A stretch of 64,000 bases of DNA from Capsulimonadales bacterium (GCA_033762295.1 JANRLW010000075.1:32197-96196), one strand, 5' to 3'; shown: positions 39,920 through 49,601, numbered from the stretch's first letter. Notes: generated from the letters alone by a model not told the origin. Numbers and translations: made by a program.

Positions 39920-41352
39920 CGTCCCGCCTCCCCGTCCGGCGCGACTCCCGAGGCCGCGGACTCCTCCGGGTCGGGCGGCGGAGGCGGCGGACCGATTTCG
40001 GCGACGGCGTAGGAGAGCGTCGTCAGGTAGGTTTCGACCAGCCGGTTCAGTTCGTCGACTTTCATTTTTGAGACGCGCCCGACGTAGGTGTCCGGATCGA
40101 GGAGCGGTGCGGCCAGATCGAGGGAGGCGAGCCAGGACGCCCGCTCCGCCACCGACCGGGCGCCATATGCGACCCGTCCGAGAACGACGCCGACAGCGCG
40201 ATCGGTTTCCGCTTCGGTCAACTGATCCTCGCGCAGACGGCGAAGCTCCTCGATCAGGGAGCGTTCGGCGATTGCCGAACGTTTCGGCGTCGTGACCAGG
40301 GTGAACAGGATCAGGCTGACCTGATGTCCCGGAATGAAATCGGCGGCCACCGAGAGCGCCACCCCTTCCTTCCGAACCAGGCGTTCGGTCAGGCGTCCGA
40401 GGCGTCCGTTCGCCAGTATCGGCATCAGGGTATCGAAGGCGGGCAGGGAATCGTCCGAGCGAACGGACGGCGCGCGAAACGCGACCAGCACCGTGGTGAG
40501 GGGACGACCTTTCTGCTCCGACGGCGGAACCGGCGTCGCCCGGACGATACGCCCGAGCGGCGCGTAGACCGTGGCCTCGCCCGTCCCGGTTTGCGGCGGG
40601 CGCGGACCCCCGCGAAAAAGGAACCCGACAAACTTGCGCGCTTCCTCGGGAGCGATATCTCCCACAAGCACGATGGTGATATTCTCGGGACGGTACCATT
40701 TCCGGTGGAAGGCCGCCAGTTGCGGCGAGGTCACGGCGGCGACCGAGTCCGGACTGCCCATCAGCGGCAGGTGCGCCGGGTCCGTGCGATCATAGGCGAC
40801 CGAGGCGAGGCGCGAAAAGCCATGTTTCTCGGGGTCCGTCCGGGCGACGGCCATCTCGGCGGCGATCACCCGGGCTTCCGTCGCGCGGTCGGCGTCGGTA
40901 AAGGTCGGGGATAGCAGGGCCTCGGCGAACAATGCCAGCGCCGCTTTCCATTGTCCGGCGGGAACGACCGTGGAAAAGTGCGTCGACTCCCGTGTCGTGC
41001 GCGCGCTGATCTCGCCGCCCAGTTTTTCCATATCCGCGTCGATCCCGCCCGAGGGATGGTTCGCGCTGCCCTTCAGCACCATATGCTCGACAAAATGCGC
41101 CAGTCCGTTTTCGCCGGGGCGTTCCCGACCGCTACCGACACGGACGCGGATTTCCATCGCGGTCAGGGACGACGATTTCCGGGGTTCGATCAGCAGCCGC
41201 AGTCCGCCGGGAAGCACCTCCCGAACCAGCGAGGAAGTTTTGGGCGCAGCGGGCGGAGCACTTCCCGGCTCCTGCGCGAAAAGTGGCGATATAATGCCAA
41301 CGAAAAGGGACAGCGCGGCTCCGAGGGCACGCGCGGCGTTCATTCGATTCAC
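39916..41352 (-). CDS. M16 family zinc peptidase, catalytic subunit, secreted
   Basis: GSGRE...GLAHFVEHM (HxxEH), WYRPENITIVLVGD; signal peptide. Confidence 0.9.
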   Translation of the reverse strand: MNRMNAARALGAALSLFVGIISPLFAQEPGSAPPAAPKTSSLVREVLPGGLRLLIEPRKSSSLTAMEIRVRVGSGRERPGENGLAHFVEHMVLKGSANHPSGGIDADMEKLGGEISARTTRESTHFSTVVPAGQWKAALALFAEALLSPTFTDADRATEARVIAAEMAVARTDPEKHGFSRLASVAYDRTDPAHLPLMGSPDSVAAVTSPQLAAFHRKWYRPENITIVLVGDIAPEEARKFVGFLFRGGPRPPQTGTGEATVYAPLGRIVRATPVPPSEQKGRPLTTVLVAFRAPSVRSDDSLPAFDTLMPILANGRLGRLTERLVRKEGVALSVAADFIPGHQVSLILFTLVTTPKRSAIAERSLIEELRRLREDQLTEAETDRAVGVVLGRVAYGARSVAERASWLASLDLAAPLLDPDTYVGRVSKMKVDELNRLVETYLTTLSYAVAEIGPPPPPPDPEESAASGVAPDGEAGR

Positions 41353-41415
41353 AACGGTTAGTTTATCCCCGAAGACGGCCGTTCCCTGCCCGGATCGGTG
41401 TGTCGGAAAACTGTC

Positions 41416-42531
41416 ATGACCCTGCCTTTGATCGAGCCGCGTCTGCGCCGTAATCTGGATCGACTGCTCCTGCTGTCGATGCTGCTGCTGTTCGGCATCA
41501 GCATGTCCACGATCTATTTCGCCTCGGGCTCCCCGAAGACGGCGATCCGGCAGGGGGTCTATTTCACGATCGGGCTGTTGCTGATGGGCTACGTCGCCGC
41601 GCAGGATTACGGCAAGCTGGCCCGATTTGGCAACCTGTTCTACTGGGGGAATGTCCTGCTGCTGCTCGTGGTAAAGCTGTTCGTTCCCAAGATCAACGGC
41701 GCCGCCCGCTGGATTCCGCTACCGATCCCCGGAATGGATGTCAAACTCCAGCCGTCCGAGTTCGTGAAGATCGTGATTATCCTGACCCTTTCCGTTTACG
41801 TCGTGCGGATCGGGACACGAATCCGGGAGTTTCCGTATCTGCTCCGAACGCTGGCGCATATCGCGTTACCGGTCGGACTGATCATGTGGCAGCCGGACCT
41901 CGGGACCGGACTGGTGGTGGTGGTGATCTGGGCCGGAATCGTGTTTCTGGCGGGGGCGGACTGGCGTCATATGATCGGCCTCGCGGTGGCGGGTCTGGCG
42001 CTGTTCGGAATCGGCTGGCAAACGGGACTGGTCAAGGACTATCAGAAGGACCGGGTCATCACGCTGCTGAACCCGATGCACGATCCGCGGGGCGACGGTT
42101 ATCATGTCCTGCACAGCATGAGAGCGATCGGCGGCGGTCAGGTCACCGGTCAGGGTTTCGGAAAAGGGGTTCAGACCAACGGCGGGTTCATCCCGGAGAA
42201 CCATACCGATTTTGTCTTCACGGCATTGGGGGAGGAGGCGGGGTTTGTCGGTGCCTGCGTATTGCTGACGGTCTATGCCCTGTTCCTCTGGCGCGGTCTG
42301 GCGATCATGGCCGATTCGGAAGACCCTTTAGGCCGGTTGATCGCCGGGGGCGTTGTGACGCTCTTTACGTTCCATATCCTGGTGAACATCGGCATGACGA
42401 CCGGAATCATGCCGGTCGTCGGCGTTCCTCTGCCCCTGGTGAGTTTCGGCGGCTCGGCGGTCTGGGCGAATCTCTGCGCCATCGGCCTGTTGCTCTCCAT
42501 CTCGATGCGCCGCCACAAAATCCAGTTCTGA
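41416..42531 (+). CDS. rodA: Rod shape-determining SEDS peptidoglycan polymerase
   Basis: GAARWI, LQPSEFVK, QPDLGT, YQKDRV, IPENHTDFVF, EEAGFVG, PVVGVPLPLVSFGGS. Confidence 0.9.
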   Translation: MTLPLIEPRLRRNLDRLLLLSMLLLFGISMSTIYFASGSPKTAIRQGVYFTIGLLLMGYVAAQDYGKLARFGNLFYWGNVLLLLVVKLFVPKINGAARWIPLPIPGMDVKLQPSEFVKIVIILTLSVYVVRIGTRIREFPYLLRTLAHIALPVGLIMWQPDLGTGLVVVVIWAGIVFLAGADWRHMIGLAVAGLALFGIGWQTGLVKDYQKDRVITLLNPMHDPRGDGYHVLHSMRAIGGGQVTGQGFGKGVQTNGGFIPENHTDFVFTALGEEAGFVGACVLLTVYALFLWRGLAIMADSEDPLGRLIAGGVVTLFTFHILVNIGMTTGIMPVVGVPLPLVSFGGSAVWANLCAIGLLLSISMRRHKIQF

Positions 42532-42535
42532 TCCC

Positions 42536-43144
42536 TCAGTCGGGGATGGAGCATCCGATGACGGAGGTGGTAGTGGGAGCGACCGGGCGGTTCTCCGTCA
42601 GGGCGTCCAGCACCAGCCGCAGGTCCCGCCGGGAGGGCAGATGCCGCGCCTTGCCGAAATCGACGTAGCGATCGTCGATCCGTCCCTGATACACCACCTT
42701 TCCCGCACGGTCGATCACCACCGCCTCAGGCGTCCGCTGAGCCTTCCAGCGCCTGGCCAGCGTTCGCTGCGAGTCCGACAGTGCGGAGCAATGGTAACCG
42801 TACTCCCGGTAGTGCCGACGCAGTTCCGCCGTCGGGATATCGGAGTCGGCGTAAACCAGGTAGAACGTGACCTTTTTCCGTGAGAAGTCGTTGACGATCC
42901 GATCGAACTCCGGCGCGTAGGCATTGGCGATCGGGCAGTCCCGCAGGATGAACAGCAGGACGGTGGCTGTCCGCCCGGAGAAGCGATGGACGTCCGCCGT
43001 CTTACCGAACAGGTCTTTGACCGGGGCTACGCTCGAAACGGTCGGGGCGTCGCCCGTCACCGTGGACGGCGTCTGTTGCGCTACGGCCGGAACCGTGAAC
43101 GCAACGGCAAGAACGGTCAGGAGGGTCGGATTCAGTCGTTTCAT
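42536..43144 (-). CDS. Secreted redoxin (AhpC/TSA-like) domain protein
   Basis: DCPIANAY, AQRTPEAVV, YQGRIDD, IGCSI; signal peptide. Confidence 0.85.
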   Translation of the reverse strand: MKRLNPTLLTVLAVAFTVPAVAQQTPSTVTGDAPTVSSVAPVKDLFGKTADVHRFSGRTATVLLFILRDCPIANAYAPEFDRIVNDFSRKKVTFYLVYADSDIPTAELRRHYREYGYHCSALSDSQRTLARRWKAQRTPEAVVIDRAGKVVYQGRIDDRYVDFGKARHLPSRRDLRLVLDALTENRPVAPTTTSVIGCSIPD

Positions 43145-43201
43145 AGGTTTTCAGGCCCCTCTCCCAAAACGGGAGAGGGGAAGCGAGCCGAGGTCGCCGG
43201 A

Positions 43202-45661
43202 TCAGTTGCCGGAATGGAGCTGGCTTTGCGGGACGATCTGGCGGCCGATGAATTCCGAGGACCAGAACAGCTGGATGACCGCGCCGCCCCCGCCCTGGAA
43301 GAAGTCCAGCCGGATATCGTACAGCTTGCCCTCCTCCAGGAAGATGGTGCCGTTGTCGACGGTCGGAGCATGGTATGTCCAGTTGTCGATCACCGTCTTG
43401 CCGTCGATGATCAGCCGAACGCCGTCATCCGAGTTGGTGCTGAAGACATAGTTGCCACTGGCGCGCGGCTGAATCTTGCCGGTCCAGCGCACGGAGAAGT
43501 CGAACGGACCGACGCCGGCGACCGGCTGGATGCCGCCCCAGTTCGGGAAGTCGATGACGCCGTCCTTGCGGACGACGGGCGTTCCGGTCAGATCGATCCG
43601 GTTGAAATAGCTCCCGTTCAGACCGTCACCCTGACCGGGCCCGTTGTCGATCAGGTAACGAGCGGTTGCGATCGCGCTCGGCTGAGCGTTCGTGGCAAAC
43701 GCCCGCGCCTTGACGACCGCGCTCTGCGTCAGCGAGAACGGACCGGTGTAGGCGCGTGAGGCCGGGGTGGGATCGGAACCGTCCAGAGTGTAGCGAACGG
43801 TCGCGCCGGAAGCGTTGTTGGTGATCCGGACGACCAGCGGCCGGTTCGGAACCCGGGGATACTCGCCGCTCGGAGGGTCGATCGTCGGCGCGGCGGCCCA
43901 CTTCCCGATTCCGTAGACATGGAGTTCGCCGGAGAAACTGGCCATGTATACCTTGCCGTTGACGACCGTCGGCGGGGTAAACTTGGCGAAAAGACCGATA
44001 TCATCCCGTTCCGGGACCATCTTGCTGTTCCACAACTCCTTCAAAGTGACCGCATCGAAGGCGCGCAGAATGCCGGGAACGATCTTGTGAACGGCGTCGT
44101 CGTCGTACGGGTGCGCCGCCCAGAGGACGCCCGTTCCGGCCTTGCCGCCGTTCGCGGACAGCGAAAGGATGCCGCCCGGCATGCCCCACGGAACGTACAT
44201 CTCACTGGTCGCCACCGGGGTCGTTTGGAGCTGACGGGCGGTCCTGTCCAGTTTGAAGGCTTTCAGCTTATCGTTCTCGCTCCACGCATAGACCAGCGGG
44301 CCGACCGGACTTTCCCAGAAGACCGGCGACCCGTGCAGGTGGGCCGGGAAGGTCCAGAGCCACTGCGGAATCTGCGTGTCCCCGTTCGGATTGAACCTGC
44401 CCATCTTCTTCTGATCGAGCAGGTACAGCTTGCCGGCTTTGCCGCCGCCGACCAGAAGGGAGGTGCCGGGGACGAGCATCGGACCGGAAACGCCCAGGTC
44501 GGCGTCCACCCGGTTCAGCCAGTCCTGATCGAACGGAGTGAAATAGTCGATGACGTCGAACCGCATCGGGCGAACCAGGCGGTTCAGTTTGATCTTGACG
44601 AAGCTGTCACCGTAATCGACGCCCCCGGTGTTCGCGCTGAAACTGCCGTTCCCGGTCTCCAGATAGATGTTGCCCGAAGCATCGGCGGTCAGTCCCTGCC
44701 CGGACTGCCAGATGCCGCCGCCGCCGATCGGATAGCCCGACGGGTCGGTTTTGCCGTTCGGCGTGGAGCACCAGACCGCCATCGGGCGCATAAATTTGGC
44801 GTCATGCGCGAAGACCCAGCCATGGTAGGGGGTGATGTCCGAGTGCGCGCCGAAGGCCGTGTAAACGACGCTGTCCATCATCAGCAGGCTCGGACGATTC
44901 ATATGGCGGGGCGGATCGAAGGAGAGGGTGCCGTTCGGATTCGCTCCGTCCCCGGTTCCGGGCACGGTGGCCGCGAACTCGATGCCGCTGCCCGGCAGTT
45001 CCTTGCCGGTCCGGAGATCCAGTTTGCGGAGACGGCTCGGATAGCGCACGCCATTTGGCGTCTCCTCCTTCGTCTTCGTGACGCAGATAAGGAAGTTGTT
45101 GGCGACATCGATGACCGGCGTGCTGATGATGCCCACTTCGGGCCAGATATTGGTGTCCCAGCCGCCGACCTCCCAGATCGGACAGGCTTTGATCCCCTTG
45201 CTTTCGTTCAGAAACGGCGTATACCAGAGCGGTTCGCCGGCATTGGGATCGTCGGCATCGAAGGCATAGACGCTGTTATGCATCGTCGCCAGAAAGATCA
45301 CGTTACGTTTGACGCCCTTGATCGTCACTCCGGAAACGTAGAGCGGCTGTGCGTACAACTGACCGTCGACCTTCCGGCTGAACAGCTTGCCGAATCCCTC
45401 GCCACCGCCTGCGGGGGGACGGACATTCCCGGTGTTCAGAACGGTTTCCCGGAGGTTCGCGCCGGTACGGGCGTTATCGTTGTGCTGGGTGACGACGGAG
45501 AGGCGGCTGAGCGGCACCACCGTACCGGTCGCCGCCGGTTGAATCGATTCGCGGCGAACCTCCGCTCCGGGGTTCGCGGTCTGCGCTCCCGCCCCCGTGG
45601 CCATACCGACCAGGGCGAAAGCGACCAGGTTAAGTGTCGTCTGTCTTTGACTTATGCGCAT
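43202..45661 (-). CDS. Secreted PQQ-like beta-propeller + chitobiase/Fn3-associated + PA14 domain protein
   Basis: TQHNDNARTGAN, VDGQLYAQPL, GGGIWQSG, FAKFTPPTVVNGKVY; YTLDGSDP; FSVRWTG...NSDDGVRL. Confidence 0.85.
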   Translation of the reverse strand: MRISQRQTTLNLVAFALVGMATGAGAQTANPGAEVRRESIQPAATGTVVPLSRLSVVTQHNDNARTGANLRETVLNTGNVRPPAGGGEGFGKLFSRKVDGQLYAQPLYVSGVTIKGVKRNVIFLATMHNSVYAFDADDPNAGEPLWYTPFLNESKGIKACPIWEVGGWDTNIWPEVGIISTPVIDVANNFLICVTKTKEETPNGVRYPSRLRKLDLRTGKELPGSGIEFAATVPGTGDGANPNGTLSFDPPRHMNRPSLLMMDSVVYTAFGAHSDITPYHGWVFAHDAKFMRPMAVWCSTPNGKTDPSGYPIGGGGIWQSGQGLTADASGNIYLETGNGSFSANTGGVDYGDSFVKIKLNRLVRPMRFDVIDYFTPFDQDWLNRVDADLGVSGPMLVPGTSLLVGGGKAGKLYLLDQKKMGRFNPNGDTQIPQWLWTFPAHLHGSPVFWESPVGPLVYAWSENDKLKAFKLDRTARQLQTTPVATSEMYVPWGMPGGILSLSANGGKAGTGVLWAAHPYDDDAVHKIVPGILRAFDAVTLKELWNSKMVPERDDIGLFAKFTPPTVVNGKVYMASFSGELHVYGIGKWAAAPTIDPPSGEYPRVPNRPLVVRITNNASGATVRYTLDGSDPTPASRAYTGPFSLTQSAVVKARAFATNAQPSAIATARYLIDNGPGQGDGLNGSYFNRIDLTGTPVVRKDGVIDFPNWGGIQPVAGVGPFDFSVRWTGKIQPRASGNYVFSTNSDDGVRLIIDGKTVIDNWTYHAPTVDNGTIFLEEGKLYDIRLDFFQGGGGAVIQLFWSSEFIGRQIVPQSQLHSGN

Positions 45662-45667
45662 TTTCGT

Positions 45668-47047
45668 CTATCTTCCTTTGGCAGGCGGGTCGGAGACGGG
45701 CGGCCCCGGACGGGGGGCGGGTTTCGGACCGTCCGGTTCTCGTTCGTCAATATCGATTATCGGCTGGTGACGCGCGGACGGGAGACTCCGCGTCAGAATG
45801 GCCCGAGCGGCGGGCGTCGTGGGTAGAAGGCGAAGCCAGACACTACTCATCTCCTCCATGAACTCCAGTCCGGGGACCACACGGTGGGACGGCGTCCAGG
45901 GGTTGCGCGGGTTCTCCTCCGTATTATTGAAGGTAATCCGAAGCGAGAGGCGCGTTCCGGCGGGAAGGGACAGCGGCGACGGAAGACGGTACGCCTGCTT
46001 CCAGTTGGCGTCCCAGTCCGGGATGTCCAGCAGCGAGAGCGTCTTGCCGTCGGGAAGGGCGGCGGTCACGGTCACGGTTCGTGCGACAAAGTGCGCGTTC
46101 GGCACAATCTCCATCAGGCGAACCGCCGTCGGAAGGGTGAAGGAGTCGGTGAGAACGGCGGTTGATTGACGGGGCAGATACAGGGGAGCCTTACCGAGCC
46201 GCAGTATGACCGGTTCCAGCGGCGACGGGTCCTTCGAAAAGTACAGGCCGACCTGCATCCGTTCGCTCTCCGCCTTGCCGGTCGGGTGAAATCGTACCTG
46301 GAGAATAAGATCGGTCTTCGGGGTAAGCCGGTAGGCGAAGCCGGGCGGCAACGCCATGGTGACCCCTCCGGGCGACCAGTCGGCAAGGGTGCCCGCCGGG
46401 GAGGGAGACAGTCCGGCGGTAAAGCCGAAGTACCCGACCGCGCCGGAAAGCGTCTCCTGACGACGTCCCTGTCCGGTGGGGTCGGCGTAGAGAGAGACAT
46501 AGCGGATCGCGGCGGGATTGGACGGACGGAAGGCGATAGCGCGCAGACGAGCCGCTTTCCCGAGGGCGGGCAGCACGAAACAGCGGGTGGCTTCGAGAGT
46601 ATTCGGCGGAACGACGTAGGGACGGGCCATCGTCAGAACCCGATCCGGCGTCCCGAGCGGCCAGGGCGACGACGGCCCCGCCGACAGAGGGGCTATCCGT
46701 TCTCCTTCCGGAGCGCCGGCGTCCGCCCAGCGTTTGATCGTATCGCGGTCCGTTGCGCTGAGATGACGCTCCCCGCAGAAACCGGGGGTCGCCGCCTGCC
46801 AGGGCGGCATATAACCGCTCTGCGTGACCTGAACCAGTTGCCGCGCCCGTCGGTAGGCATCGCCGTAGGTGAGCAGAGGAAACGGACCGACTCGACCGGG
46901 GGCATGACAGGACACGCACGCCGATTTCAGAATAGGCGCGACATCGCGACCGAAAACCGGTGTTTCCTGTCGGGCGGACACCGACGGCATCAGGAAAACG
47001 AGAAGCAGCATCGCTCCGGGCGCCGCCTCGAGAAGGCGAAGAAGCAT
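45668..47047 (-). CDS. Cytochrome c + copper type II monooxygenase-like protein with degenerate Cu ligands
   Basis: DVAPIL..CVSCH, MPPW, WADAGAPEG, WPLGTPD, WSPG, WDANWKQAY, NNTEENPRNP, EEM. Confidence 0.8.
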   Translation of the reverse strand: MLLRLLEAAPGAMLLLVFLMPSVSARQETPVFGRDVAPILKSACVSCHAPGRVGPFPLLTYGDAYRRARQLVQVTQSGYMPPWQAATPGFCGERHLSATDRDTIKRWADAGAPEGERIAPLSAGPSSPWPLGTPDRVLTMARPYVVPPNTLEATRCFVLPALGKAARLRAIAFRPSNPAAIRYVSLYADPTGQGRRQETLSGAVGYFGFTAGLSPSPAGTLADWSPGGVTMALPPGFAYRLTPKTDLILQVRFHPTGKAESERMQVGLYFSKDPSPLEPVILRLGKAPLYLPRQSTAVLTDSFTLPTAVRLMEIVPNAHFVARTVTVTAALPDGKTLSLLDIPDWDANWKQAYRLPSPLSLPAGTRLSLRITFNNTEENPRNPWTPSHRVVPGLEFMEEMSSVWLRLLPTTPAARAILTRSLPSARHQPIIDIDEREPDGPKPAPRPGPPVSDPPAKGR

Positions 47048-47357
47048 AACCCATTATGACTTGCTTAGTTGCATTAAACAAGTACGAACGGAGGAATTTT
47101 TACTGAAGAGCTCCTTTTCGGAGCCGGCATCTCCTGCCCGCAATCCGCTCCCGGGGGAGAGGAAGGTATACTGAACGCCGTACCTCCTTCGCGAAAGCCA
47201 CCGGGAAACGTTCGGGCGGGAAGCGACGTAGAGGAATGCGGGTGAGGAACGCAACCCCGTCGTCCGCTGACGTGTCCGATGAAATGGGATGTTACGCAGA
47301 CAGGAATTCAGTGGTTTGAATCGCATCGCAGCAACTTCGAATATTAAAGGAAAACAT

Positions 47358-48575
47358 ATGACTAAGCCGATCGTATCCTTGGGGCTGATCGCCTTCGCGG
47401 TCTCGGTCGCCGGGTGTTCGCGACCGCAACCGGTCACGATGGCGCCGCCCGTTCCGCAGCCGCCGGTTCAGCAGGCGCCCGCGCCGGGTAGCGCCGGCGT
47501 GTTCAACTGGCAGGATGTTCCGCAGGGCCAGCAGGTGCCGATCAATCGCGCCATCTTCGATCAGGGGGGCTACCAGATGTATGCCGCCTCCGGCGAAACG
47601 ATCGTGGTGCCGTTCGTCAACCAGAACATGTACGTCATGAAGTTCGGCAGGTCGAATAACGGCGGGATGTATTTTGTCAATGAGGGCGCCGCGCCCACGC
47701 TGTATGTGCCGAACGGCGGCTTCCTGGAGAATGCGGCGGCGCAGAACGCCCGGTGGTATCCGTTTTCAAACAACTATTCCTATACCCGTCCGGTCTATAT
47801 CGGACTGGCGCCCACGTGGGGCGATTATCTGGCCATGGGATGGTACCCCGGAATGACCTACTATGGCGGCTACTGGGGCTATAACCCGTGGCGACCCGGT
47901 TTCGCCTTCACGCCGATGATCGGCCTGAACTTCAACATCGGCGGACGACCGTATTACGGCTGGGACTCCTACCGGAACTACTACACGTACAATTCCGCCG
48001 GACGGATCGGCTGGAACAATCGGTCGAGCTACAACTACGCCAGCGTTAATCGCCGCTCGCCGGGCACCGGCTCGTTCGGAAGGACGTCGTTCGGCTCCAC
48101 GGGTCGTTCCACCGGCTCCTTCGGCTCCACAGGTCGTTCCGGCGGGTCCTCGTTCGGGCGTTCGTCGGGTTCGACCGGCTCGTTCGGTGGCAGCCGCAAC
48201 AACTTCGGGACGGCGTCGAATCGACCCGGCACGGGCTTCTTCGGTTCCGGCGGTTCGTCGTCGTTCGGTCGATCGTCGGGCGGCTCCTCGTTCGGTAGCG
48301 GTTCCTCGTCCTTTGGCAGCCGACCCTCCTCCGGTTCGTTCGGCGGCTCCTCGTCCGGATTCGGCACGACCTCCCGATCCCGCGGCTCCTTTGGCAGCGG
48401 CTCCTCCGGTTTCTCCGGCGGTTCGTCGTTCGGCCGGTCTTCCGGTAGCTCGTTCGGTGGCGGCTCATCCTCGTTCGGACGCTCGTCGGGTAGTTCGTCG
48501 TCGTTCGGTCGGTCTTCCGGGAGTTCTTCGTTCGGTCGGTCTTCCGGCAGCTTCGGCGGCGGACGGCGACGTTAG
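47358..48575 (+). CDS. Lipoprotein with Y/W/G/N-rich segment and long Gly/Ser FG-repeat tail
   Basis: VAGC lipobox; about 19 FG dipeptides in SSFGRSSG-type repeats; AAAGGA RBS. Confidence 0.85.
   Translation: MTKPIVSLGLIAFAVSVAGCSRPQPVTMAPPVPQPPVQQAPAPGSAGVFNWQDVPQGQQVPINRAIFDQGGYQMYAASGETIVVPFVNQNMYVMKFGRSNNGGMYFVNEGAAPTLYVPNGGFLENAAAQNARWYPFSNNYSYTRPVYIGLAPTWGDYLAMGWYPGMTYYGGYWGYNPWRPGFAFTPMIGLNFNIGGRPYYGWDSYRNYYTYNSAGRIGWNNRSSYNYASVNRRSPGTGSFGRTSFGSTGRSTGSFGSTGRSGGSSFGRSSGSTGSFGGSRNNFGTASNRPGTGFFGSGGSSSFGRSSGGSSFGSGSSSFGSRPSSGSFGGSSSGFGTTSRSRGSFGSGSSGFSGGSSFGRSSGSSFGGGSSSFGRSSGSSSSFGRSSGSSSFGRSSGSFGGGRRR
48067..48560 (+). repeat. Coding low-complexity repeat (tcgttcgg... = SFG units)
   Basis: Recurrent tc(g/c)ttcgg(c/t) codons encoding SFG. 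Confidence 0.85.
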
Positions 48576-48590
48576 AAGGGAGGCCGGAAG

Positions 48591-49037
48591 ATGAACGAAC
48601 TGATTTTTCGTACCGGCGGAAGCTGGGAGACGACGACCCTGTTCAACCGGGGAATGGAAGTGAACACCGCGCAGTTGTTCGTCGATCTGCGGGCGGGGCG
48701 CGACGAGTGGGGCGATCCGATTCGCGGCGGCATCTTCGAGGGGGCGGACCTGACCGCAATCGTCCGCCCCGCCGAGGACCCCTATTCGCCCTGGGACGTG
48801 CTCCCCGGACGACTGATGATGCAGTTTCCCGGGTACGAACTCATCCTGGAAAACTACCATCCGGCCGTTTACCTGGATCATACGCGCGTTTTCATGAACG
48901 GTGAGAATATCACGGACCGCGTGATCGACCTCTATGTCGATATCAATGCCGTGGATGACGTCGTTTCCGCGTATGTCACCGTCTACAAGAGTCACTTCTT
49001 CCGCCGTGACGAAGTGATTACCCATAACATTATTTAG
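48591..49037 (+). CDS. Hypothetical protein (internally duplicated beta-rich motif)
   Basis: 148 aa, GGAGG RBS, 15 nt after upstream stop. Confidence 0.8.
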   Translation: MNELIFRTGGSWETTTLFNRGMEVNTAQLFVDLRAGRDEWGDPIRGGIFEGADLTAIVRPAEDPYSPWDVLPGRLMMQFPGYELILENYHPAVYLDHTRVFMNGENITDRVIDLYVDINAVDDVVSAYVTVYKSHFFRRDEVITHNII

Positions 49038-49057
49038 AACCATCAGGAGGCAGACCG

Positions 49058-49579
49058 ATGTTTGGTGGGCCCAAAACCAGCGCGACACCGCCGCCGGGCG
49101 ACGACGGGGGCAGACCGCAGACCGCCCGGGTCGCTCAAATCACGGGGACTCTGACCCATGTTTTCGTTCACGGAAAGGGCGCGGGAAGCCTGGACGTCTT
49201 CGTCAACGGACAGCCGCTTCTCTCCGGACAGGTCGAGAGCCTGAGCGTCGAGATCGTCGCGCCCGGAGAACGGGACGACGGCACTCTGACCGGAATCCTG
49301 TCCTATTTTGAGTCCGGCGGCGACGGCGGGCGAACCAACAAGAGCCTGTCGCTGTTTCCCGGAACGGTCGAACTGATCGCCGAAAATCGCCGGGTCTCCG
49401 TGACCTGCGCGGAGGAGGGGTCGTTCGAGGGCCTTTTCCTGCGTTTCGGAACTGAGAACGACGGGATCGGATTGGAGGCGAGCGGCGTGAAAAGCCTGCG
49501 TATCGTGGTGACGCCCGAACTGCGCGATGTCCGTCTGGTCTGGGTCGAGGACGGGCGCGAGGATATTCTCCTCGGATAG
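49058..49579 (+). CDS. Hypothetical protein, apparently related to 48591-49037
   Basis: 173 aa, AGGAGG RBS; VFVNGQ...VESLSVEIVA and FPG..ELIAEN motifs shared with the upstream protein. Confidence 0.8.
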   Translation: MFGGPKTSATPPPGDDGGRPQTARVAQITGTLTHVFVHGKGAGSLDVFVNGQPLLSGQVESLSVEIVAPGERDDGTLTGILSYFESGGDGGRTNKSLSLFPGTVELIAENRRVSVTCAEEGSFEGLFLRFGTENDGIGLEASGVKSLRIVVTPELRDVRLVWVEDGREDILLG

Positions 49580-49601
49580 CCCGCTTCCGGCCCGCGAAAA
49601 G

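Noticed and set aside
48067..48560. Repetitive DNA as a CRISPR array or VNTR
   Set aside because: Repeats are degenerate at synonymous positions and in-frame (SFG units), with no unique spacers
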